Source of the DNA: Candidatus Babeliales bacterium
GTDB taxonomy: Bacteria > Babelota > Babeliae > Babelales > RVW-14
Direction: 5' to 3'
DNA: 64,000 bases
Assembly: GCA_041662445.1 (NCBI GenBank)
Contig: JBAZSL010000008.1
Location: 5,503 to 69,502, forward strand
Below, in pieces: positions 36,307-46,393 of the stretch. The notes below the pieces were generated by a model, which ran no database searches, was not told the origin of the DNA, and worked only from the letters and a program-made list of their open reading frames with translations. Numbering within the stretch: the first letter of the stretch is position 1; every line of letters begins with the position of its first letter. A program made the position numbers and the translations under genes.

Positions 36307-36933
36307 CTATTTTTTCCCCGTCGATACGTGCTCGATTGCTACATAACTTGATCTACCATCAGTTTGTGACTGCATAAATAGGTTACCATCGAGTGTTGTG
36401 TTCTCGCCAATTAACAACACTCCGTCGTCCGTGGTGAAAAAATTAATTGTTTCTGGGGCATCGGTATCATTTTTGATGGTTATATAGGTGAAGCGAGACG
36501 TTTGGATGAAAATTGCTTTTTTCACAAGGGGAATAATCGTGAGATTGCGGGGAAGCATTCCAAGCGTAAGTTCGCTCTGCGGCATTATTGTTATGTGAGG
36601 TATTTTGGGGAGGAGCCCATTAAAAAATAACGTGACATCATGCGCGACAAGTTGCGATGTTTCATCTTCGAACATGATGCTGCGTCTTCCTAATAGTTCC
36701 AATTCAATACTATCAAGGCACAATGTTGCTCCTGCCCTAATAACGATTGTTTTTAAGGGAGAAGAGAATATTATTGCATCGATATTTTCTGGCATGATAG
36801 TAAGAGCTCTCTCTATTTCAAGAATGTGAGGCGTTGCTTTATGTAGGAAATACTCTTGTTGCATCATGTAGGCAGTGCTGACAAAACAACCGAGTGTTAT
36901 AAAGCTGCAAACCATTTTCTTTATTACGTTCAT
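36307..36933 (-). CDS. small secreted protein, probable paralog family member P2
   Basis: 208 aa with a signal-like N-terminus, MNVIKKMVCSFITLGCFVSTAY. Similarity to P1 and P3 is weaker (TIVIRAGATLCL; HITIMPQSELTL). Confidence 0.55.
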   Translation of the reverse strand: MNVIKKMVCSFITLGCFVSTAYMMQQEYFLHKATPHILEIERALTIMPENIDAIIFSSPLKTIVIRAGATLCLDSIELELLGRRSIMFEDETSQLVAHDVTLFFNGLLPKIPHITIMPQSELTLGMLPRNLTIIPLVKKAIFIQTSRFTYITIKNDTDAPETINFFTTDDGVLLIGENTTLDGNLFMQSQTDGRSSYVAIEHVSTGKK

Positions 36934-36946
36934 TACTGATCCTTTT

Positions 36947-37840
36947 TCAAATTTTCTTTATCTCATGCCCGCCAAATTCATGCCGCATCATCGCAACTAA
37001 CTTGGTAGCATAATTGCCGCCCGATTCACGTGACCATGCACGTATTCTGAGTGCTTCTTCAATAACGTTGGTGGGAATCCCAAGCATTTTTGCAGTGGCT
37101 ACCGTCCATTGACCAGTTTTATTCTCACCGATGGCTCCAGAAATATCATCAAAATCGCTGCCGCGTGAAAAGATTTGTTGGGTGAGTTCAAGAAGCCATG
37201 AGCGCACAATAGCGCCATGGTTCCATACGTTGGCGATCTGTTCCAAATTCAACTCTGTATAAGGGCCCTGTTTAAGAACCTGAAACCCTTCGGCGTATGC
37301 TTGCATAAGTGCGTACTCTATGCCATTGTGCACCATTTTTACAAAGTGCCCTGCGCCAGAGGGGCCGACATGAGCGAACCCTTTTGGAGCGGCAAGTGCT
37401 TCAAAAACTGGCTGTGCAGTTTTGTAAGCCGTGAGGTTGCCGCCAATCATGAGTGAAAAGCCAGCATCTTTGCCGTGCAAGCCGCCCGATGTGCCGCAAT
37501 CAAGAAAGTTGATTTCACGTTTGGCCAAATGCTGTGCGCGTGCGATGGAATCTTTGTAAAAACTATTGCCGCCGTCAATAACAATAGAATGTTTTTTTAA
37601 ACCTCCCTGAATGCCGGTAAGCGCATCATCGACCGCTTTGCCCTCAGGAACCATGAGCCAGATAATTTCTGCTTGTGCCGAACAATCGCTGATGAGATCG
37701 ACGCAATGGATGCCATCGCGTTGTGCTAAGGCTCGTGACTCTGCATTGATATCAAAACCGATGACCGTATGTCCGTGCTTTGCCAAGCGGTGTGCAATTG
37801 AGGCGCCCATGCGGCCAAGACCAATAATGCCTATATTCAT
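36947..37840 (-). CDS. gnd: 6-phosphogluconate dehydrogenase (decarboxylating), short ~300-aa type
   Basis: I prefer the ATG at 37840 (MNIGIIGLGRMG), preceded by AAGGA. Motifs DGGNSFYKD, CGTSGG and GAGHFVKMVHNGIEY. Confidence 0.8.
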   Translation of the reverse strand: MNIGIIGLGRMGASIAHRLAKHGHTVIGFDINAESRALAQRDGIHCVDLISDCSAQAEIIWLMVPEGKAVDDALTGIQGGLKKHSIVIDGGNSFYKDSIARAQHLAKREINFLDCGTSGGLHGKDAGFSLMIGGNLTAYKTAQPVFEALAAPKGFAHVGPSGAGHFVKMVHNGIEYALMQAYAEGFQVLKQGPYTELNLEQIANVWNHGAIVRSWLLELTQQIFSRGSDFDDISGAIGENKTGQWTVATAKMLGIPTNVIEEALRIRAWSRESGGNYATKLVAMMRHEFGGHEIKKI

Positions 37841-37853
37841 ATTTTGTCCTTGT

Positions 37854-38501
37854 CTATCTATCATAGTAGCCTTCTAACCCGTCAAACGTACCCTTGGGAA
37901 TCACAACACCGCCTATAATAAGTGCTATGTTTTCATCAATATGAATTTTAAATGGTTTGCGAAATGGATTCCAGCAGGGCTCTAGCCCCCAAAAATCATG
38001 GAAATACATGTTCAAATACATAAATAATTCGGAGTTGGGGAAAATATGAAGAGTTCCTATGTCATACCGCGTTTCTTCTTCACAGCTGAATGTGGTGTGG
38101 GCACAAATGTCAATTGTTGAAGATTGATGTTCGAAAATTAGATTATCTTGTTTAATGCCTGCGATTGTAGTGGGTTCGATCCCATTAAGGTGGAAAATTG
38201 TAGTGAGTATGAACCAATGGCTTTTATTAGTGCACTTCTCCTTAGATTGTATGATGAGATGCGCGCCTGGCGTAATAATAATTCTTCCGTTGGACTTGAA
38301 CGCGAGATCATGATTAAGCGTGCAGTTGCCTATGAGCGTGATTTCATCATTGAGAATGATTGTGCCATTCTTGTTGGGAGGGTAGTGGCTTTCAATGGGG
38401 CTATTGTTTATTTCTTCGACCACTTGCATTGCCGCTAGTGATGCCATGCAATGTATGCAAAGCAGAGAGATTAATAAAATTTTTTTCACATAATTCTTCA
38501 C
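37854..38501 (-). CDS. small secreted protein, paralog family member P3
   Basis: 215 aa. Signal peptide MKNYVKKILLISLLCIHCMASLAA. Paralogous to P1 (see 34942..35481). It directly abuts the zwf stop. Confidence 0.65.
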   Translation of the reverse strand: MKNYVKKILLISLLCIHCMASLAAMQVVEEINNSPIESHYPPNKNGTIILNDEITLIGNCTLNHDLAFKSNGRIIITPGAHLIIQSKEKCTNKSHWFILTTIFHLNGIEPTTIAGIKQDNLIFEHQSSTIDICAHTTFSCEEETRYDIGTLHIFPNSELFMYLNMYFHDFWGLEPCWNPFRKPFKIHIDENIALIIGGVVIPKGTFDGLEGYYDR

Positions 38502-39923
38502 TTACGCCCTCCACCGTAATTTTGGATCAAGCAAAGTGACCTCTTTGGGGCCATCACTCCCCTTTGCATAATGATAGAGGTGCGTTTTGAGACGTTTGAT
38601 GTGTTCGATAATTTTCCATGACCAATCAATTTCATCTGCTCGAACAAATGCAAAATGATCGCCACGTATGGCGTCTGCCAAGAGTACTTCGTATGCTGCC
38701 GGGGTATTGGGTCCCCAGTGCGTGTTGTGCGAAAAATTCATGGTGACGGGAACCACGCGGTTAAAAATTCCTGGCGATTTAACATTGAGTTCGAGAAAAA
38801 AACCTTCATCAGGTTGAATTTTGATGGTCAAATAGTTTGAATCCATCGGACAAAAATCAAGCAGGCATTTAACCATTTTAAATTTTATGTGAATGCTTGC
38901 CTCATCATGTTTGAGGTGCTTGCCCGTCTTGAGATAAAACGGAACTCCCTTCCAACGTCGGTTGTTGATAATGAGCTTTACAGCTGCAAATGTTTCAGTT
39001 GTTGAATGGGGTTTAACATTTTTTTCTTTGAGATAGCCGTCATATTGGCCAAGAATCGCTGAGACAACTTTCGCTTTTGAAAGTACGCGTACTTTGCAGT
39101 TACGTAGATATTCAGCCGTTAGTTTTTCTGGAGGTTCCATGGCAACAAGTGCCAGAATTTGAAGCAGATGATTTTGGACAACATCATTAAGTGCCCCACA
39201 AGCATCATAAAACGCACCGCGATGTTCAAGGCCAATCGATTCGCTGAGTACAATTTGTACTGAGTCAATATGCTCATGACTCCACAAGGGCTCAAAAATT
39301 CGATTGGTAAAACGTGCTAACGCGATATTGGCAACCAGCTCCTTGCCCAAATAATGATCTATTCTAAAAACCTGTTTTTCATCAAAAACTCTTTTGATGG
39401 CTCGATTGATGGTGCGTGCTGATTTCAGATCATAGCCAAAGGGCTTTTCATACACAACGCGGGCCCATGTACCACGTTTAGTAAGGTGTCCTTCTTGGTG
39501 TTTTTCAGCGATGCTATACGTAGAAAGATTTTTAGTAATAACGGCAAAATGCTGCGGCATTGTGGCAAGATAAAAAAGTCGATTGCAGCCAAGTTTGTGA
39601 CATCCTTCAACGTTTTCAATGAGCGTGCGGAGCCCCTTGTAAGCCTGTTTGTCGTGAAAGTCCATTTGGTAATAATAGAGGCGCTTTTGGAGCTTCGACC
39701 ATACGGACCGGTCGATGTTATGAATAAATTTGCGTGATTGCTCAAGAATTTCGTGCATGGTTGTTGCGCTGTTGGCGACACCGACGAGTGCAAAGCTGCA
39801 AATTTTCTCAGATGCGACAAGCTTATAAATTGCCGGTATCAGTTTTCGTTGAGCTAGATCCCCCGTTGCACCAAGAATGACAAAAACACACGCGTCCAAA
39901 CATGTGGTTGGTGCTTGTTCCAT
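38502..39923 (-). CDS. zwf: glucose-6-phosphate 1-dehydrogenase
   Basis: Motifs ILGATGDLAQRKL, EKPFGYDL and RIDHYLGKE. I prefer the ATG at 39923 over the track's GTG at 39950. Confidence 0.9.
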   Translation of the reverse strand: MEQAPTTCLDACVFVILGATGDLAQRKLIPAIYKLVASEKICSFALVGVANSATTMHEILEQSRKFIHNIDRSVWSKLQKRLYYYQMDFHDKQAYKGLRTLIENVEGCHKLGCNRLFYLATMPQHFAVITKNLSTYSIAEKHQEGHLTKRGTWARVVYEKPFGYDLKSARTINRAIKRVFDEKQVFRIDHYLGKELVANIALARFTNRIFEPLWSHEHIDSVQIVLSESIGLEHRGAFYDACGALNDVVQNHLLQILALVAMEPPEKLTAEYLRNCKVRVLSKAKVVSAILGQYDGYLKEKNVKPHSTTETFAAVKLIINNRRWKGVPFYLKTGKHLKHDEASIHIKFKMVKCLLDFCPMDSNYLTIKIQPDEGFFLELNVKSPGIFNRVVPVTMNFSHNTHWGPNTPAAYEVLLADAIRGDHFAFVRADEIDWSWKIIEHIKRLKTHLYHYAKGSDGPKEVTLLDPKLRWRA

Positions 39924-39933
39924 GGTATGCCCT

Positions 39934-40593
39934 TTATGCAAGGATTCCACGTTTCTTTAATTCCTCAACAACGTAAGCGTGATCTTTACACAGGATGCCG
40001 TCAATGCCCGCATTCTGTGCGCCCTCAATATTAACTTCAAGGTCATCGATAAAAAGGCATTCATGAGGGTCAAGATTGTAGGTGGTCAAGAGATGCTGAT
40101 AAATTTCTAGCTCTGGCTTAATAAGTTTAATTTTATATGAAAAAACGGCGCCATCGAAGAGTGAAAGAAACTCATATGCAGCAATTCTCTGGTGTGCTGG
40201 TGCAGAAAAATTGGAAAGAATATAGGTGTTAAACCCCCGAGCACGTACTGCATGCAATGTCTTTACGCCCTCATCGATAGGAACAAGTTGCTCGACAAGA
40301 TGTTTTAACAGCGTCGTGCAGTGTGCTACAAATGGCTTATCTGGAAAACGTGGTGCAACAAGCTTAATTGCTTGTTCTGGCGTGAGGGTGCCACGATCAA
40401 TTTCGGTATATTCTGGGAGCTTTATGACATCAAGGAGATACCAAGGTTTTTCGGTATGCTCTTTAAATGCCTGCTCAATAAGCTCACGTGGTTTGTAGTG
40501 AACCAATACGCCACCAAGATCAAAAATAATATTACGATAACGCGAGTGGGGTTTGGTAAGCATAGACTTAAGATTTTTTGTATCAGAACTCAC
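39934..40593 (-). CDS. HAD-superfamily hydrolase (subfamily IA-like)
   Basis: 219 aa. Motif I is IIFDLGGVLV. The C-terminal segment is CLFIDDLEVNIEGAQNAG. Confidence 0.7.
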   Translation of the reverse strand: MSSDTKNLKSMLTKPHSRYRNIIFDLGGVLVHYKPRELIEQAFKEHTEKPWYLLDVIKLPEYTEIDRGTLTPEQAIKLVAPRFPDKPFVAHCTTLLKHLVEQLVPIDEGVKTLHAVRARGFNTYILSNFSAPAHQRIAAYEFLSLFDGAVFSYKIKLIKPELEIYQHLLTTYNLDPHECLFIDDLEVNIEGAQNAGIDGILCKDHAYVVEELKKRGILA

Positions 40594-40613
40594 GTGACTC
40601 CTTTCAGTGATGA

Positions 40614-42809
40614 TTAGGAACGTGCTTCAAGATTGGTGGTTAAAAATTCTTTAAGAAACGTGAGCCGCTTGGTGCCCTTATCGTTTCTGATGCCCATTGC
40701 GATTGCTTTGGACTGGCCAATCAAGATACACAATTTTTTCGCACGCGTGATGGCAGTATAGATCAAATTTCGTTGGAGCAGAATAAAGTGCTGCATAAAG
40801 ATAGGAATGATGACGCAGGCAAATTCTGATCCTTGGCTTTTGTGAATTGATACGGCGTATGACAAGGTCAATTCGTTGAGTTCAGTAAAATCATACGTGA
40901 GACTCCGCTCACCAAAAGCAATGGTGAGTTCCTGGTCGACTTTGTTGATGTCGGTAATGGTGCCGATATCACCGTTAAAAACAAATTTGTCGTAGTTATT
41001 ACGAATTTGCATCACACGATCTGCCACCTTGTAAATTGTGCCAAATTGTGTTGCTTGCTTATCAGGATTGTTGTCCGGATTGAGAATCATTTGAAGTTCT
41101 TGGTTGAGTCGTTGCGTGCCAACAATGCCGCGGTTCATGGGTACCAGTACAATACTGTCCGAAGGATCGATACCCACCTGTGGTAGTTGTTGTTCATAAA
41201 GTTTACGCAGCAATGGAAAAATATTTTCAGGCGTATCCTCTTTGATATAAGCAAAATCTTTTTTCGATCCCGGAATAAACGACTGAGGAAATTCTCCACG
41301 GTTAACACGGTGAGCATTGACGATAATGAGGCTGTTTTGTGCTTGCCTAAAAATTTGTGTGAGTCGCACGGTGGCGATCTTTGTCGAATCGATGAGGTCT
41401 TTAAGCACGTTGCCTGCGCCGACTGAAGGCAGTTGATCAATGTCACCGATAAGTACGAGCGTTGCATTCCATGGCAATGCTTTCATGATGGCATGCATGA
41501 GAAAAACATCGATCATCGATGCCTCATCGACAATCAGATAATCAAGCTCAAGCGCATTATGCTCGTTACGCGTAAATGTCATTGCCCCTGGCGTGAATTC
41601 GAGAAGACGATGAAGTGTCTCAGTATTCTTGCCGGTGCTTTCAAACAACCGTTTTGCGGCGCGACCGGTAGGCGCGGCAAGCTTAAAGCGTACATGATTG
41701 CTTTCAAGCGTGCGAATGAGCCGTTTGACGAGCGTTGTTTTACCTGTGCCAGGCCCGCCAGTAATAATGGTCATTTTATGCTGTAGGCAACTGAGAATGC
41801 CGCGTTGTTGATCTTCATTGAGTTCAACGCCGCGTTCATCGGGGAGCCGGATTTCACGATAGATTGCATCGATATCAAATTTTTTTACTGTCGATGGGTG
41901 CTCAAGTAAGCGTAATACCTTGTGGGCGATTCCTTTTTCTGAGTGATAAAATTGTGGAAGCGAAAGATAATGATGATCGTTGTGAGAAATAAGTTTTACC
42001 TTGTCTTCTTGGTAGAGTGCGGTAAGCGCGCTTTTTACAAGCTCGGTGTGTCCTTCTGTCTCACTCAGCTCAAGAATTTGAATTGCAGTGTCTTTAAGCT
42101 TTGGTACTTCAACGTAAAGGTGCCCGCCTTCAGTTGCTTGCGTAATGGCATACAAAATACCCGCCTTAATGCGATCTTGTGCATGACGTTCAAGCCCAAG
42201 CTTGAGGGCAATTTGATCAGCGGTTTTAAACCCGATGCCCCAAATATCCTCAACAAGGCGATAAGGATTTTCTTGGATTTTTTCAATCGATTGATTGCCA
42301 TACGTTTTGAAAATTTTAACCGCATACGCCGGCGAAACATCTTTTGAGCGCAAAAAGACCATTACGCGCGAAATCTCTTTTTGGCTTTGCCATGCGGTAA
42401 CGATAGCTTCTACGCGCTTGGGGCCAACGCCACCGATACGCAATAAACGTTGCGGCTCTTTATCGATAACTTCAAGCGTTTTTTCACCAAAGGCAGACAC
42501 AAGTTTTTCGGCAAATTTAGGACCGATGCCTTTGATGAGCCCTGATGAAAGATATTTTTGAATTCCCAGCGCCGATGAGGGGAGTTTGGTGACGCATTCA
42601 TGCGCTTCGAGCTGTCGTCCGAATTTGGGATGAAACGACCACGTACCGCGTATGGTGACGTCAGAACCCTGATGCAAATTGCCAATGGTGCCACGGACCG
42701 TGATCGTTTCTCGTGAACTTACTTTGAGGGTGAATACGAGGAAGCCATTTTCTTCACCTTTAAAAACGATGTGTTCCACCGTTCCTGAAAGTTCTGTGAA
42801 TGCTTCCAT
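40614..42809 (-). CDS. recD2: RecD2-type SF1 ATP-dependent DNA helicase
   Basis: 731 aa. HhH-like N-terminal region, Walker A GGPGTGKTT, DEASMID, and C-terminal SIHKSQGSEF. Confidence 0.85.
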   Translation of the reverse strand: MEAFTELSGTVEHIVFKGEENGFLVFTLKVSSRETITVRGTIGNLHQGSDVTIRGTWSFHPKFGRQLEAHECVTKLPSSALGIQKYLSSGLIKGIGPKFAEKLVSAFGEKTLEVIDKEPQRLLRIGGVGPKRVEAIVTAWQSQKEISRVMVFLRSKDVSPAYAVKIFKTYGNQSIEKIQENPYRLVEDIWGIGFKTADQIALKLGLERHAQDRIKAGILYAITQATEGGHLYVEVPKLKDTAIQILELSETEGHTELVKSALTALYQEDKVKLISHNDHHYLSLPQFYHSEKGIAHKVLRLLEHPSTVKKFDIDAIYREIRLPDERGVELNEDQQRGILSCLQHKMTIITGGPGTGKTTLVKRLIRTLESNHVRFKLAAPTGRAAKRLFESTGKNTETLHRLLEFTPGAMTFTRNEHNALELDYLIVDEASMIDVFLMHAIMKALPWNATLVLIGDIDQLPSVGAGNVLKDLIDSTKIATVRLTQIFRQAQNSLIIVNAHRVNRGEFPQSFIPGSKKDFAYIKEDTPENIFPLLRKLYEQQLPQVGIDPSDSIVLVPMNRGIVGTQRLNQELQMILNPDNNPDKQATQFGTIYKVADRVMQIRNNYDKFVFNGDIGTITDINKVDQELTIAFGERSLTYDFTELNELTLSYAVSIHKSQGSEFACVIIPIFMQHFILLQRNLIYTAITRAKKLCILIGQSKAIAMGIRNDKGTKRLTFLKEFLTTNLEARS

Positions 42810-42824
42810 CGTTGTTAATTATTG

Positions 42825-43505
42825 TTATTTACGTTTGAAGAATTGTGCGCGAGCTTTAAGGTATTCTTCCCGTGTTTCTGGGGAAAGGCTTTCGGTCAAG
42901 TCGCCAAAGAAAATAATAATCTCGGTACAAGCATCTTTTAACTTTTCTTTAGTTTGTACCCAAGATTCAAAGAATATGTTTTGCTCGTGTGCCGAACAGT
43001 CAAGGAAATTGAGAAGAGCGCTATTTTTTTTAAGCTGAGCACGCAGCGTTTGATCTTGCACATCGCCAAGAAGACTTTCTTCTATGACCGGTCTAATGAG
43101 ATAGGCAAAGCCGTGAATCTGAACAAAAAATTTTCTGATTGAGGATAAGAGTGATTGTATTTTGCCAAGGATGATTATGCGATCTTCAGGCATAGTTGGT
43201 AACTCTTGGAGCATTTTGCGTGCGACAGTGCATGCAATCTCGGTGCGCAGGACGCAGGTTGGGTTGATACACAATTCAGCATCCAGAAGCTTCATGCGAT
43301 TACCAGCCGCCAGCTTTTTGGGCGCACGAATGACAAATTTTGGAGCGGCAGATACGGATGGCTTTTGTATTTGTTGCGCTCCTGGGGGGGGCATCAGTTG
43401 AGCGCCGGGTTCTTGTATGTTTACTATTACTTCTTGTGCTTCATTTCCGGCTACAGCACTTGTCATAACGATAGAACTAAGACCAACGATGTATACGAAC
43501 TTCAT
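42825..43505 (-). CDS. hypothetical secreted protein
   Basis: I prefer the ATG at 43505 (MKFVYIVGLSSIVMTSAVAG), preceded by AAGGA. It lies 10 nt after the stop of the upstream beta-barrel candidate. Confidence 0.55.
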   Translation of the reverse strand: MKFVYIVGLSSIVMTSAVAGNEAQEVIVNIQEPGAQLMPPPGAQQIQKPSVSAAPKFVIRAPKKLAAGNRMKLLDAELCINPTCVLRTEIACTVARKMLQELPTMPEDRIIILGKIQSLLSSIRKFFVQIHGFAYLIRPVIEESLLGDVQDQTLRAQLKKNSALLNFLDCSAHEQNIFFESWVQTKEKLKDACTEIIIFFGDLTESLSPETREEYLKARAQFFKRK

Positions 43506-43515
43506 GTCTAATCCT

Positions 43516-44988
43516 TTAGAAAGATGAGGTAATTTTGATATATGCTGTCCAATCTTCACCGATGTTTCTACTTCCAACGGTTATGTCACCTCCTACTCCG
43601 ATACCGAAATCACTTTTTGGCTTAGGGTTGTGATATAAAATTTCACTAAATATTTTGTGCTGATACACGCTTGGAACTTCGGCATCTTCAACACGTAAAT
43701 CCTGAATTTTTATTTCGGTATTATGGATACTTTTAATCCTTTCTTCTTGCTGCGCATAAAAGTCATAACCCAGCGCAAATCGAACGCGCTTGGTAAAATC
43801 AACATTTGCTGCAGTAACAAAATTCAAAATGCCACCGGGATAAACGGTTGATTTGAATGATGAGGGGAAAACGTATTGGCGGATGTAGGTATTAAGAAGC
43901 TCCTGGCTCGGGGTTGGCCCAGCGTTTGGATCAATGTTTTCAGGTGTTAATGTTTTTCTAAACATAAAAATACGATCTTCGTCATCAGGGAAAAGCACGT
44001 CATACGAGATGTGGTTCCACCATTGAATAAGATCGTGGAAAAGCCCGATTTTTGCTTCTAGATAGCAACCAAAACCAAAATGTCCATTGCCAAGATGTGG
44101 ATCGAGAAGGTAGTCACGAACACCACGTAATGAGTTCTTGACGGCAAGAAGTGCGTCTTCTTCATCAGAAAATGAAGCTTTCGCAAGCCCAAGTTGAATG
44201 CTAGGGCTGTAAGAAAATCTACTGGTTGGAAGAATGGCTTCAAGTCCGACATCAACCTGCACGCTTGGTGCATTCACAGTATTGAGCCCTAGCTTAAGGC
44301 GTGTATCGCCAAGTCCAAAACGGAGCAGGAACCCTTCATGCTGATCAAAATCGCCGACGCCAAATTTTTGTCGTAGAACATCGGTGAGATCTGATCTATC
44401 TCGCATATTGAGCCACAAATTACGTACGACAAGTTGCAGCGACGTGTGTAGTTGAAACGAAAATGGACCGCGGGTTAGGCCAAATTGGGCGAGCATGCCC
44501 GATCGATATTCTTGAAGCGTAATTTTTTTGAAAAAGGGTATGAGCTCTTTAATTTCATCTGCAGTGGTTTCGGTTGGTAATAATCCGGCGACGATGTTAT
44601 AAAAATCCCCCTGTCCTAAGGCATCCTCGATGCTGAAAAGATCATTCGTGGTGAGATTGAGGTTGCCAGTCATATTAAAAAGAAAATTAAGTGCAAACCC
44701 GCCGTATTCAATGGCACCAATTTTGTAGGGGAGAAGATAAAGAAGATCTCGTCCTGCTGGGTGCGTTGTGCTTTTCCACAGCGGTTCTTTAACTTCGTAA
44801 AGACCTTGTGCCATAGTCTGCGCATCGATATAGCGGACAAATGGATGCGCGTCATCATAGGCATCGAGCTTTTCTATATCGAGCTCACCGGCAAAGTAAT
44901 CATTGCTTGGGCCAACTTGCGCATAAATTGGTGGTGCGCAGAGTACTAAAAAAAAGACAATAACTATTCTTCGAGTTGAAAAATTCAT
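43516..44988 (-). CDS. putative outer-membrane beta-barrel protein
   Basis: 490 aa. Signal peptide MNFSTRRIVIVFFLVLCAPPIYA, alternating hydrophobic strands, and a C-terminal ...YIKITSSF ending in Phe. Confidence 0.55.
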   Translation of the reverse strand: MNFSTRRIVIVFFLVLCAPPIYAQVGPSNDYFAGELDIEKLDAYDDAHPFVRYIDAQTMAQGLYEVKEPLWKSTTHPAGRDLLYLLPYKIGAIEYGGFALNFLFNMTGNLNLTTNDLFSIEDALGQGDFYNIVAGLLPTETTADEIKELIPFFKKITLQEYRSGMLAQFGLTRGPFSFQLHTSLQLVVRNLWLNMRDRSDLTDVLRQKFGVGDFDQHEGFLLRFGLGDTRLKLGLNTVNAPSVQVDVGLEAILPTSRFSYSPSIQLGLAKASFSDEEDALLAVKNSLRGVRDYLLDPHLGNGHFGFGCYLEAKIGLFHDLIQWWNHISYDVLFPDDEDRIFMFRKTLTPENIDPNAGPTPSQELLNTYIRQYVFPSSFKSTVYPGGILNFVTAANVDFTKRVRFALGYDFYAQQEERIKSIHNTEIKIQDLRVEDAEVPSVYQHKIFSEILYHNPKPKSDFGIGVGGDITVGSRNIGEDWTAYIKITSSF

Positions 44989-45170
44989 ATCACAATCTCA
45001 GCAATAGGGTTAAACTTCGCCCCCGAAAGATTCCACCTTTCCCCGGACGCCAGATGATAAGCCAACGTCATATGTAATTTACGAAGGCTTGAAACATAAA
45101 ATAAAAACGCCGTATGTGTCAATGTTTTCATTTTTGAAAATACAAACTGGATATCTTCGCAAGTATTATG

Positions 45171-45932
45171 TTAACGGTGAGCGATTTCTTCGACCTGATA
45201 AAATGAAATAATTCTTTGTTTGCCGTTTTCGTCCAGCAGCGATAAATCCCCATTGGGAAAAACTTGTTGAGCACGACCATTAACCAGCTCGCCATCGCTT
45301 TGATGGACGGTGATGGGTTGTCCAAGATATGACTGCTCCGTGCGCCACTGCCGATAAATTCCCGCAAAGTTATGGTGTTTCCATTCCATGTACCAGCGGT
45401 TGAGGTGTGAAAGAATATCTTTATAAAGCGCACGACGATCAAGTTCAGTCCCCGTGATACTGCATAAACTTGTTGCATGCGTAGCCAGAGGGTCATCGGA
45501 CGCAAACTGATTATTAACATTAAGCGCAAAGCCAACGACAATACTGCGTGGAGTGGCGTTTTGCCATACTACCTGTACGAGCATCCCGCCAATTTTTTTC
45601 TGTCCGATAACAAAATCATTGGGCCACTTGAGGGTGGCACCATATGTTTTGAGCGGTTCCAAGATACCGAGGCTCAATGCCATAGAAAGTTGGTTGAGTC
45701 TGATAGCATTGTCTTCTGGTACGGCAAAAAGAGGGGCAGATGGTTTGAGTAAGAGGGTGACAATAAGTTGTCCCTGTTGAATATTCCAGGTGCGATTATG
45801 GCGTCCTTTTGCTCCCGTGAGAACATCTGCAAGAAATACTGAGCCGTCGGGAGCGTCATCGCTGTGGTCACGTGCCCATGCCATTGAATCGATGACGGTA
45901 TGTTGACGGTAGACTTTTTTCCCAATAACCAT
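45171..45932 (-). CDS. birA: biotin--[acetyl-CoA-carboxylase] ligase (no HTH domain)
   Basis: 253 aa. GAKGRHNRTWNIQQG matches the GRGRxGRxW type, plus KWPNDFVIGQKKIGGMLVQ. Confidence 0.8.
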   Translation of the reverse strand: MVIGKKVYRQHTVIDSMAWARDHSDDAPDGSVFLADVLTGAKGRHNRTWNIQQGQLIVTLLLKPSAPLFAVPEDNAIRLNQLSMALSLGILEPLKTYGATLKWPNDFVIGQKKIGGMLVQVVWQNATPRSIVVGFALNVNNQFASDDPLATHATSLCSITGTELDRRALYKDILSHLNRWYMEWKHHNFAGIYRQWRTEQSYLGQPITVHQSDGELVNGRAQQVFPNGDLSLLDENGKQRIISFYQVEEIAHR

Positions 45933-45940
45933 GTTGCGAC

Positions 45941-46393
45941 CTAATCCAGACGTACTTTGGCTTCGCGTGCCGTTTCACGCCTGATATCGCGTTCTTTAAG
46001 TTCCTGCTTTTTACTTGCCGCATTTTTGTGTTTAGCGACGCCAAGTTCAATTTTCGCGTAGCCGCGTTCATTAAGATAAACTTTAAGCGGGACGATGGTG
46101 AGCCCTTTGCGCGATATTGCGCCCACGAGCCGATTAATTTCTCTTTTATGGAGGAGAAGCGTGCGGGGACGACGTGAGGTATCCTCCTTGGTGTATGCGT
46201 GCTTGTAAGGAGTTATGTGGCAATTGGTAAGAACTAGATTTCCTTGGTGGACTGTTGCAAAGGCGTCGGTGAGTGAGATGTGTTTACTCCTGAGCGATTT
46301 AATCTCATCTCCTTTGAGCACAATGCCTGCCTGGAGAGTTTCAAGTATTTCGTAATTGTGATAAGCGCGTTTGTTAGTGGCAATAATTTTCAT
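45941..46393 (-). CDS. smpB: SsrA-binding protein
   Basis: 150 aa. NKRAYHNYEILETLQAGIVLKGDEIKSLR is typical of SmpB. Confidence 0.92.
   Translation of the reverse strand: MKIIATNKRAYHNYEILETLQAGIVLKGDEIKSLRSKHISLTDAFATVHQGNLVLTNCHITPYKHAYTKEDTSRRPRTLLLHKREINRLVGAISRKGLTIVPLKVYLNERGYAKIELGVAKHKNAASKKQELKERDIRRETAREAKVRLD

Noticed and set aside
37854-38501. P3, sitting where pgl often sits next to zwf, considered as a cryptic 6-phosphogluconolactonase. The beta-propeller proteins were likewise considered as lactonase-type Pgl
   Set aside because: P3 has a signal peptide and none of the DevB/Pgl motifs. The propeller proteins are large exported proteins with head domains. There is no sequence support for an enzymatic role.
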